46,646 nucleotides of DNA from IMG/VR virus record IMGVR_UViG_3300017446_000004, positions 1-46,646 of that record, one strand, 5' to 3'. Below are positions 13,618 to 21,552 of the stretch, one piece after another (the first letter of the stretch is position 1; each line of letters starts with the position of its first letter). Position numbers and translations under genes: made by a program. The notes under the pieces are model-generated. The model did not search any database, was not told where the DNA came from, and worked only from the letters and a program-made list of their open reading frames with translations. The DNA is from a virus.

Positions 13618-15326
13618 TGGTAAGCCGTCCGTTTACGCTCGACGATGCGTCAACCCGCCCGCAGTCGTGGGTTGATGCTCAGGACGCGGCAACAATCGCG
13701 CTTGACGCAAACGGACGGCTTGCCTCCTGGGCCTTCAAGGGCACCCAGGCGGGGCAGTTCACGCCGGTATCCGCAAGCGTTGCCCCGCTTTACACCCCCG
13801 CCGATTTCGCCGGCGCTTTCCCTGCATTCAAATTCACCGCCACCCGCGTTGACCTGATAACCGCGGCGTTTACGGGCCCTTCGCAGCCCTGCACCGTCGT
13901 TTACGTCTGGCAAGAGCCATCGGGCGGGCAAAACCCGTATTGCGTCGTCGCTGATCACCGCAGTACGGGCGGCAGCGATGGCGGCCGCGTCACGGTGTTC
14001 AACGCTTACGCAGCGCAAAACACCATCGCGATCGTGCCGAGCAACGCCTCTGGCCAGCGCCTGAATCTCACGGGCAACGCGTTCAACAAAGTCAACGTGA
14101 TGGTCGTTGAATATAACGGCCCATATTCGCGGATCTATTTGAACGGCGTCACTACCCAACCCAAAAATCTACTTCTGTCGTCGGTAATCTTTGGCGGCGG
14201 CATGACGATCGGCGGCAAATTCAACGACGCATACACCGCGTTCAACGGGCTATTTGGCGAGCAGGCTGTCTATCCGGTCATCTTTAACGATGCGGATTGG
14301 GACAAGATCACTCAAGGCACGTCATGGAAATGGGGGCAGCAAGCCTCCATCCCTGACGGCGCGACCTACAAGGCTGCGCGGCCGATGGTTTCGGACGGTA
14401 CGCCCGATCCGGCTACGCCTGCGCCGCTCGCCCACGCACACGCTATTTCGTCGCCAACCGCGTCGTTCCGCACCCCTGCCGCAGTCGATCCCCTCGCGCA
14501 CTCACACGCGGCCACCTCGCCGACGTTGACGGCTGGCACGACGATGGCGGCGCAGGACATGGCGCAGGCGCACGCGGCCACCTCGCCGGGCGTTTCGTCC
14601 AAGCAGGCGATCGCGGCGAACTCGCTACAGCACGCGCACACCGAGACGCCGACCAGCCTGCTCTATCAAACCACCGTCGCGGCGCTGTCATCGATCCAGG
14701 CGCAGGCGATGACGGCTGCGGGGCTTGGCGCTGGCGGGGCGCTGGTCGTCAATAGCGCTGCGCAGGCTCACGCGGCCGCTGCAGCGGCGTTGACGGCTCG
14801 GCGGGCCCTTGTGTCGCCAAGCAGCCTAACGCAGCCTCACGCGCTTGCTGCGGCGGCTTTCACGCACGTTTCGCCGCCCGACAACATGACGCCAGACCCG
14901 CTCGACTTCGGCGTTGACCTCGGCAGCATCCGCGACCGCGTGATCCTGCTCAAGTATTTCCTGTCCGTGACGGACGTGCTCGACGCGAGCGAAGCGCTAG
15001 ACGAGACGCTCCCGGCCGCGCCGCCTGCCGCGTTCGTAGGCGTGGCGAGCGAGCGCGCCGAGCCGAACAAGACGATTGGCGGACATTCGCAGCGGGTGCG
15101 GGTTGAGATCGCCATCCTCTTCGCCGAAAGCACGTCGCGATTTGACCGCGAGGCCCGCGATCAACTCGACCTGACCCGCCGCGCGCTGATCCGGCAACTG
15201 GTCGCGTGGACGCCGAAGAATGCCGGCGAGGGGCTCGAATATTCGCGGTATCGGGTGGTCAAGATCGGCGACGGGCTGGCCTGGGGCGAGGTGACGTTCA
15301 CGACCTCTTATCGGCTGACCATCTAG
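13617..15326 (+). CDS. Fusion protein: N-terminal LamG/concanavalin-like lectin domain, HxH repeat stalk, C-terminal neck/tail-terminator-like domain (Mu gp37 / DUF3168-style)
   Basis: N-terminus: SWVDAQDAATIALDANGRLASWAFKG...PAFKF...VVEYNG...IYLNG is LamG-like. The middle has seven repeats of about 22 aa. The C-terminus (LPAAPPAAFVGVASERAEP...RVRVEIAILFAE...LEYSRYRVVKIGDGLAWGEVTFTTSY) has the pattern of small neck proteins and sits just upstream of the tube gene. Confidence 0.6.
   Translation: MVSRPFTLDDASTRPQSWVDAQDAATIALDANGRLASWAFKGTQAGQFTPVSASVAPLYTPADFAGAFPAFKFTATRVDLITAAFTGPSQPCTVVYVWQEPSGGQNPYCVVADHRSTGGSDGGRVTVFNAYAAQNTIAIVPSNASGQRLNLTGNAFNKVNVMVVEYNGPYSRIYLNGVTTQPKNLLLSSVIFGGGMTIGGKFNDAYTAFNGLFGEQAVYPVIFNDADWDKITQGTSWKWGQQASIPDGATYKAARPMVSDGTPDPATPAPLAHAHAISSPTASFRTPAAVDPLAHSHAATSPTLTAGTTMAAQDMAQAHAATSPGVSSKQAIAANSLQHAHTETPTSLLYQTTVAALSSIQAQAMTAAGLGAGGALVVNSAAQAHAAAAAALTARRALVSPSSLTQPHALAAAAFTHVSPPDNMTPDPLDFGVDLGSIRDRVILLKYFLSVTDVLDASEALDETLPAAPPAAFVGVASERAEPNKTIGGHSQRVRVEIAILFAESTSRFDREARDQLDLTRRALIRQLVAWTPKNAGEGLEYSRYRVVKIGDGLAWGEVTFTTSYRLTI
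14410..14875 (+). repeat. Intragenic degenerate tandem repeat, about 66 nt (22 aa), seven units, core L-A-H-A/S-H-A-x-S-P
   Basis: Units start near 14424, 14491, 14559, 14623, 14690, 14754 and 14826. Peptides: PLAHAHAISSPT, PLAHSHAATSPT, MAQAHAATSPG, LQHAHTETPT, IQAQAMTAAG, AAQAHAAAAA, LTQPHALAAA. Confidence 0.8.
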
Positions 15327-15407
15327 CGCGGGCGTTCAGGCTTACGGGTGGAGGGGGGCGCAAGTATTCTGCGCCCTCAACTCTCGAACGCTATTGGAGC
15401 CCCGATC

Positions 15408-15791
15408 ATGGACGCAACCGCCGCAGACCCCAACGCAACCGCCGCGCCGGCCATGACCAAGGAGGGGGTGGCGCTCGCCGGGAAATACCCGCTCAACTTG
15501 CGGCTGCGCGCCGAGGCGCTGGCGACGGATGGCAAGGCGAAAGATCCTGACGGCCTCGCCTCGGATGAACTGATCGCCTCCACCAAGGATCGCCTCGATC
15601 GCGAGCGGGCCGAAGCCGAGCGGCTCGCGGCGCGTGACGCCAAGGAGCATCCGCCCGTGTCGGAATCCATGAAGCGCGAGGATCTGGTCGCGCTCGCCGC
15701 CAAGGAAGGCGCGCCGCACGACGCAGACGCGACCAAGCCGCAGATCATCGAAGCAATCGAGGCCACCCGCCTCGCGAACAAGGAAGCCTAA
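15408..15791 (+). CDS. 127-aa protein with a C-terminal HeH/Rho-N-like motif
   Basis: SD ggag lies 8 nt before the ATG at 15408 (internal to track ORF 15348..15791). MKREDLVALAAKEGAPHDADATKPQIIEAIEA. Confidence 0.65.
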   Translation: MDATAADPNATAAPAMTKEGVALAGKYPLNLRLRAEALATDGKAKDPDGLASDELIASTKDRLDRERAEAERLAARDAKEHPPVSESMKREDLVALAAKEGAPHDADATKPQIIEAIEATRLANKEA

Positions 15792-15794
15792 GAC

Positions 15795-16745
15795 ATGGCA
15801 GGCACGAACAAGGATTGGTTCACCAAGGTCATTCTCGGGAAGCTCGAGACGACCGAAGGCACCGACGCCGCCCCGACCAGCGCCCTTAACGCGCTCAAGG
15901 TGCTCAATTTCGCAACGACGTTCCTCAACGCCGAGCAGAAGACCCGCGCGATCGAGACGCCGTATTACGGCGCAACGCCGTTCGCGCTCACCTCGCTTAC
16001 CCGGTCCTACACCTATGACATGGAGATCCACGGCGGCGGCGTGACGGCCGGCACGACCGTTCCCCCGTGGATGATCCCGATGCAGGCTTGCGGGTTCGCG
16101 GCCCCTGTCGTCGGCGCAAACAACGTGACGATTGCGCCCGTGACGAACTCCCCCAAATCGTTGACGCAATATGCGTACATTGACGATTTGCTGACCAAGA
16201 TCCTGGGCGCGCGCGGCTCGGTGGGGTTCAAGATCGAGGATGACGAATACCCGATTTTCAATTTCGATTTTCTCGGCGTCCCCGATGCGGCGATCGCATC
16301 GCAGGCCGTACCGACCGCGCCGACGATTACGGGCTACGTTGACCCCGTTCTGTCCACGACCGCCAACACCACGTTTTCTATGGGCGGATTTTCGCCGGCG
16401 CTGCGCCGCTTCAGTATGGCGGCTAACGTTGATCGACAGTTCCGATCGCTGATCGGCCCCGCCGACCGCATCAACATGCGCGGCCGTGCGTGGAGCGGCG
16501 ATGTCGTGATCGAGGTTCCCGACCTGACGGCGAAGAACTATTTTACGCAGATTCCCGCGGGCACGACGATGGCGGCAACGGTGGTGCAGGGCGTGACGCC
16601 GGGCAATATCGTCCAGATCGACACGCCGCGGTTGCTGATCTCGGGCGCGGCGCTGTCCGAGGAACAGGGCAAGGCGATGGTCACGCTTTCGGTGACGGCG
16701 CTGCCGAACACGGGTAACGACGAGATCCTGTTCACCTCGAAATAA
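15795..16745 (+). CDS. Major tail (tube) protein
   Basis: 316 aa with SD aaggaag. It is followed by a strong terminator, then the chaperone pair and the tape measure. The call is by synteny. Confidence 0.7.
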   Translation: MAGTNKDWFTKVILGKLETTEGTDAAPTSALNALKVLNFATTFLNAEQKTRAIETPYYGATPFALTSLTRSYTYDMEIHGGGVTAGTTVPPWMIPMQACGFAAPVVGANNVTIAPVTNSPKSLTQYAYIDDLLTKILGARGSVGFKIEDDEYPIFNFDFLGVPDAAIASQAVPTAPTITGYVDPVLSTTANTTFSMGGFSPALRRFSMAANVDRQFRSLIGPADRINMRGRAWSGDVVIEVPDLTAKNYFTQIPAGTTMAATVVQGVTPGNIVQIDTPRLLISGAALSEEQGKAMVTLSVTALPNTGNDEILFTSK

Positions 16746-16774
16746 GTTGCGGTTCGCCGCGATTTGGAGAAATT

Positions 16775-16816
16775 GGCCGGGCGCGGGGGATCACCTCGCG
16801 CCCGGCCTTTTCTTTT
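16775..16816 (+). terminator. Rho-independent terminator after the tube gene
   Basis: Perfect 11-bp stem ggccgggcgcg / cgcgcccggcc with an 11-nt loop, followed by ttttctttt. Confidence 0.8.
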
Positions 16817-16828
16817 GGAGCCCCTCAC

Positions 16829-17308
16829 ATGTTCGATCTGCTCGACCGCCCGCTATTTTACCTCCCCGTCAAATGGCCTGGGGTGGTCCCCGGCGACGAC
16901 GGCGGCGCGACGCTCACCGAACACATGGTCGAGATACAGGTCGAGTTGCTTGATCGCGAAGAGTTCAACGCGTGGATGATCGAGGGCAGCAAAGACGTTG
17001 AGGACATGACTGCCGAGGAACGGCAGGCGCACGAACTGACCACGATCAAGGGCGTTGCGAAGGGGTGGCGCAAGATCAAGGCGAACGGTCGCAACCCGGA
17101 TTTTAGCGACGAGAATATTGCAAAGCTTCTGGGGTTCCCCGGTTTCGTCAGCGCATTCGGCGAAGCGTACATGAACGCATGGAACGCAAAAATCGAGATC
17201 CGGTCGGGAAACTCCGAAGGCTCGCCCGCCAATGGGCAGGCGGACGGGCCTACCGGCGCGACGAGCAAGGCCGCGACGCCCAGGAAACCGCGCACGGCGA
17301 AGAACTGA
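16829..17308 (+). CDS. Tail assembly chaperone (lambda gpG analogue)
   Basis: 159 aa, positioned between the tube gene and the tape measure. It contains the slippery heptamer in frame. Confidence 0.75.
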   Translation: MFDLLDRPLFYLPVKWPGVVPGDDGGATLTEHMVEIQVELLDREEFNAWMIEGSKDVEDMTAEERQAHELTTIKGVAKGWRKIKANGRNPDFSDENIAKLLGFPGFVSAFGEAYMNAWNAKIEIRSGNSEGSPANGQADGPTGATSKAATPRKPRTAKN

Positions 17309-17613
17309 CACCGCTAGAAAAGGAGTGCGCGCAGTGGGGCATAGATCCCGCCGCGTTCAACATGGGGGACCGCGAGGAAAGCAAATCTGCGGTTCCCTTG
17401 TGGCCTGATATGCGCGTGCCGTTCGCGCTGTTCTGCGATGCTCCTTGGAACTGGGTGTCTCTCGGGATGGGTGGCGTAGTGCGAACGAATATCAGCCGGA
17501 TCGAGTTGGAAGCCTCCGCGCGATCGCTCGGCGTGACGATGACGCCGGACATTTTTACCGACGTTCGCCTGATGGAAAACGCCGCGATCGAATACTGGTC
17601 GGCCAAAAGGTGA
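16829..17613 (+). CDS. Tail assembly chaperone G-T type fusion made by a -1 frameshift at 17206-17212. The extension is DUF1799-like.
   Basis: The -1 frame segment (LTPLEKECAQWGIDPAAF...VPLWPDMRVPFALFCDAPWNWVSLGMGG...RLMENAAIEY) matches the DUF1799 tail chaperone pattern and ends just before the tape measure. Confidence 0.6.
17206..17212 (+). promoter_or_regulatory. Programmed -1 frameshift slippery heptamer G GGA AAC
   Basis: The zero-frame codons are tcG GGA AAC. The -1 frame stays open from here to 17613. Confidence 0.65.
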
Positions 17614-17669
17614 AATCTGCCGCTGATTGCTGTAATCCTCGCCGAAAGCGGTAAGGGCGAACAGCGATC

Positions 17670-20600
17670 ATGGCAGATTTTGACCTCTCGGCGAGGATTT
17701 CCGGCGACGCATCCGGGCTTGTGGCGGCGGCAACGCAGGGCGAGACGGCGATCGAGGGTGTCGGCAACGCGTCGCGGCGCGCGGCTGGCGGGTCGAAGGA
17801 ACTGGAAACGGCGACCGCCAGCGCCAGCGCCACGACCGAACGCGCCTCGGCGGCAGCGAATACCCTGTCGGCGACGCTCGCCGCATCTGCAACTGCACGC
17901 CAGCGCGTCGCGACGGCAACCTCGCAACTCGACATTGCCGAATCGCGCGCGGCTGCGGCCGTTGCCAAGCTCGAACTTGCGCACCGTGCCGCCGCAAAGG
18001 CATCCGACGATGACGCCGATGCGCAATTGCGGATCATCGCAGCATTGGCCTCTGCCGAGGCGCGGGTCGCGGCCACTGCGCTTGCTGTCACGAATGCCCA
18101 GGTAAAGCAGGCGGCGGGCCTGCGCGACCTGTCGCAAGCGGCGACGCAAAACACCGCCGCCGCGAACCGCCAGCAATACGCGATCCGAAACGTCGGGCAG
18201 CAGTTCGGCGATTTTGGGTTGCAGGTTGCCAGCGGGCAAGACGCCGCGCGCGCGTTTGGTCAGCAGGCGGGCCAGCTTGGCTATGCACTGTCGGAAATGG
18301 GCGGCAAGCTCGGCGCGGTCGGCCGGTTCCTAACGGGGCCTTGGGGGATCGCCCTGACCATCGCCGCGGCCTTTGCTGCGCCATTGCTCGAGAAACTGCT
18401 CAGCACCACCGCGGCGGCGGCGGATCAGGCCAAGGCGCTTGATACGGCCGTCACTGCGGCCGACAGCTATGGCGCGGCGCAATCGAACCTGGGCAAGGTC
18501 ATTGACCTGACGACCGGCAAGCTCAAGTCGCATAACGTCGTCTTGATCGAGACGATCAAGCTACAGGCGCAGGCCAATTTCATCGCCGCGCAGCAAGACC
18601 AGCGCGAGGCGACAAAGAAGCTCGCCGGCGCGGGATCGGCGTCGTTGCTCGAGCGGTTCTCGGACAATTCCAGCGCGATCGGCGGGTCGCAATATGGCGT
18701 CGGCGTCGGCAACTCTAACCGGGTTGGCCAAGCGCTGCGCGAGCGCGCCGCGTCGCTCGGGCCGCTGTCGGACACGCTCAAGACGTACACCGACGCCGCG
18801 AAGGCATATGGCGAGGCCCTCGCCGATCCGCGCAGTTCGCCGGCCGCGATCAAGGCGGCGTCGGATCAATACGACAAATCGTTGACCGGGACGATCAGCC
18901 GGATTGGCGGCGCGGCAAAGACCGCAGGCCGCGACGTGATCGAAACGAAGCGCTTGGTGCTCGACCTGGGCTCGGCGCTCAAGGCGCAGCAGGCCGCGCG
19001 CGAATCTACGGACGCGCTTAACGGGAAGGGCGTCTCGTCCAACCTCATTCCGTACAAGCCCGACGCCAAGCCGAAGAAAACCCCTAAGCCCAAATCCACG
19101 GATGCCGTGGAAGAGTTCGGGCTCGGCGCGGCTGACAAGATCGCGAACATTGTAGGCCGCTTCGATGACGCACCCGCGGTGATCGACAAGACGAACGAAA
19201 AGGTCCGGGAACTCGACCGGCTGATCGAGCAACTCGGGCGGCGCAAGCCTCCCGGCTTCGGCGACCTGATCGCCCAGGCCGAAGCGGCAAAGATCGTGGT
19301 TCGTGACGGACTGATCAACGAGGTCGCGCGCGCGTTCGAGCAGCCGAAGACGATGGCGGAAAAGGCGACCGCAGCGATCGGGCAACTCGACGCCGTGATC
19401 GCGGATCTGTCGAAGAACAAGCCCCCAAGCTTCGACAAGCTGATCGCCGACGCCAACCGCGCCAAGGGCGTGATCGCGGATTCGATCCAGAAGCCGTTCC
19501 GCGATTACATCAAGGATCAGCAGGAGAGCCTTGAGATCCAGCGTTTGACCGCGACGGGACACGCTGCCGAGGCCGACCAACGCCGGCAGATCCTCGCGCT
19601 CGAAAAGCAGGGGCCACCCTTGACGATCGAGCAAAAGGACGCCGTGCTCGCAACCGTCCAGGCGCTTCGCGCGCAGCAGCGCGAGTTGGATGTCCTGCGC
19701 GAGAAAAACGCGAAATATCTGGAAGCGCTCGGCGGCATCAAGGGCGTGGTGGAAGACGCTACGCAGGCATTTGTGCGCGGGGATCTCGGGCAACTGATCA
19801 AGTCGCCGGGCAAGATCCTTGATGTGTTCCAAACGCTGCAGGGCCGCGCGGTCTTCGACAAGCTGTTCCAAGGCATTTTCCGCGACCTCGAGGATCAGGT
19901 AAACGGAACCGCGACGGTCAAGGATGCGTCCGACCGGATGGCCACCGCTGTCGATAAAGCGTCGAGCTCTATCGTCCAACTCGGCAACGCTGCCGACGCG
20001 GCGGCACGTGGCGTGTCTGGCGCGGGGGCAGGCGGCGCAACTGACCTCAATTCGCTTCTGGCGCGCGGCAATGGCGTTACCGGGCCGGGCCCGAACGGGG
20101 GCCAGACCAGCACGACCGGCGCGGACATTATCGTCAACGGGTCGCGCGCGCCGCGTGATCCCACGGCGCTCGTTTCCACCGCGCTCGGTAAGGTCAGCAC
20201 GTCGATTGCGGGACTGTTCACCAATCCGGCGAACGCCTCGAAAATCGGCGCATCAATCGGCAAGTTTGCGGGCAAGGGGCTTGAGGGCGCGGCTACCGGC
20301 TCGATCGTGGCTGGCGTGGGCAAAGCGATCGGCGTCAACCTCAACAAGACCGGCGCGCAACTCGGCGGCGCAGCGGGCAACATTCTAAGCAGCGCTCTAG
20401 GGTTCGCCGGCCCGCTCGGGTCGATCCTCGGCTCGCTCGGCGGCGGGCTGATCGGCAACCTGTTCGCGCCCAAGGCAAAGCCGGGCGGCGCGACCGTTTC
20501 GTCGGTCAACGGCTCGGCGGACGTGTCGGGCAGCGTCGGCAGCGATTCTAAGGGCATCGCCGCGGGCAAGGGCTTGGGCTCAAGCGTGGCGTCGGGAATC

Positions 20601-21542
20601 AATTCGATCGCGCAGCAACTCGGCGGCGTTATCGGTGATTTCAACGTCCAGATCGGCAAGTATAAGGACGATCTGCGCGTCAATCAGAACGGGAAGGCGC
20701 TTGGCGGCGTCAAGGGCAGCGGCGCGACCTCGTTCGGCGATGATGAAGCGGCGGCGACCTCCTACGCCATTTCGCTCGCGATCGCGCAGGGCGCGGTTAA
20801 GGGGCTGTCCCCGGCGATACAAAAGGCGTTGGCGTCAAATACAGACGTGGACAAGGCGCTCGCCGAAGCTCTCAAGGTCAAGCAAGTCGAAACCCTGATC
20901 GGCGGGCTTGGCTCGGCGCTCAAGGAGCAGTTCAACGCGTTTGACGCGACCGCTAACGATCGGGTGCGCGTCGCTCGGCAATACGGGTTGGACGTGGCTG
21001 CGGTCGAAAAGATCAACGCCGAGCAACGCGTCAAACTGGTCGATGACGCGCTCAAGTCGCGCGTGGCGTCGCTGTCGGACTTCCTGCAATCGGTCAAATT
21101 TGGCGACCTGTTCGAGGGCAGCGCGTCCGACCGCCGCGCCGCACTGATCGCCGAGATTGCCAAGGTGCAGAAAGACGCCGAGGCCGGAATCGATGGCGCA
21201 GCCGACAAGCTGGCAAGCCTCAATCAGCAACTTGTGACGACCAGCAAGGAAGCATTCGGCACGGCCGGCGCGGAGTTCTCGACGGATCGGGCGAACTCGA
21301 TCAGTGGCGTTGAGAAGGTGATTCAGATGGAAACCGACCGCGTGAACGCGGCATCGGCGGCGACCGCGACCACGACGGCCGCAATCCAGGCTGGCAACGC
21401 GCTGGCGAATGAGGGTAACGACATCGCGGCGCAGCAACTCGCGGCGCTCAAGACGATCGCCGCGAATAGTAGTGGATCGGGCGGCGGCGGCGCTTCGGCC
21501 AATATTGGGGCCGTTCGCCGCTCGGCGTTCGCGATAGAATAG
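17670..21542 (+). CDS. Tape measure protein
   Basis: 1290 aa, Ala/Gln/Leu-rich helical with Gly-rich segments. It lies directly after the chaperone pair. Confidence 0.9.
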   Translation: MADFDLSARISGDASGLVAAATQGETAIEGVGNASRRAAGGSKELETATASASATTERASAAANTLSATLAASATARQRVATATSQLDIAESRAAAAVAKLELAHRAAAKASDDDADAQLRIIAALASAEARVAATALAVTNAQVKQAAGLRDLSQAATQNTAAANRQQYAIRNVGQQFGDFGLQVASGQDAARAFGQQAGQLGYALSEMGGKLGAVGRFLTGPWGIALTIAAAFAAPLLEKLLSTTAAAADQAKALDTAVTAADSYGAAQSNLGKVIDLTTGKLKSHNVVLIETIKLQAQANFIAAQQDQREATKKLAGAGSASLLERFSDNSSAIGGSQYGVGVGNSNRVGQALRERAASLGPLSDTLKTYTDAAKAYGEALADPRSSPAAIKAASDQYDKSLTGTISRIGGAAKTAGRDVIETKRLVLDLGSALKAQQAARESTDALNGKGVSSNLIPYKPDAKPKKTPKPKSTDAVEEFGLGAADKIANIVGRFDDAPAVIDKTNEKVRELDRLIEQLGRRKPPGFGDLIAQAEAAKIVVRDGLINEVARAFEQPKTMAEKATAAIGQLDAVIADLSKNKPPSFDKLIADANRAKGVIADSIQKPFRDYIKDQQESLEIQRLTATGHAAEADQRRQILALEKQGPPLTIEQKDAVLATVQALRAQQRELDVLREKNAKYLEALGGIKGVVEDATQAFVRGDLGQLIKSPGKILDVFQTLQGRAVFDKLFQGIFRDLEDQVNGTATVKDASDRMATAVDKASSSIVQLGNAADAAARGVSGAGAGGATDLNSLLARGNGVTGPGPNGGQTSTTGADIIVNGSRAPRDPTALVSTALGKVSTSIAGLFTNPANASKIGASIGKFAGKGLEGAATGSIVAGVGKAIGVNLNKTGAQLGGAAGNILSSALGFAGPLGSILGSLGGGLIGNLFAPKAKPGGATVSSVNGSADVSGSVGSDSKGIAAGKGLGSSVASGINSIAQQLGGVIGDFNVQIGKYKDDLRVNQNGKALGGVKGSGATSFGDDEAAATSYAISLAIAQGAVKGLSPAIQKALASNTDVDKALAEALKVKQVETLIGGLGSALKEQFNAFDATANDRVRVARQYGLDVAAVEKINAEQRVKLVDDALKSRVASLSDFLQSVKFGDLFEGSASDRRAALIAEIAKVQKDAEAGIDGAADKLASLNQQLVTTSKEAFGTAGAEFSTDRANSISGVEKVIQMETDRVNAASAATATTTAAIQAGNALANEGNDIAAQQLAALKTIAANSSGSGGGGASANIGAVRRSAFAIE

Positions 21543-21552
21543 GGGTTATTGA

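Noticed and set aside
14410-14875. Possible CRISPR array or other non-coding repeat
   Set aside because: The repeats are degenerate and in frame within a continuous ORF. They have no unique spacers of fixed length and no cas genes. They are a protein repeat.
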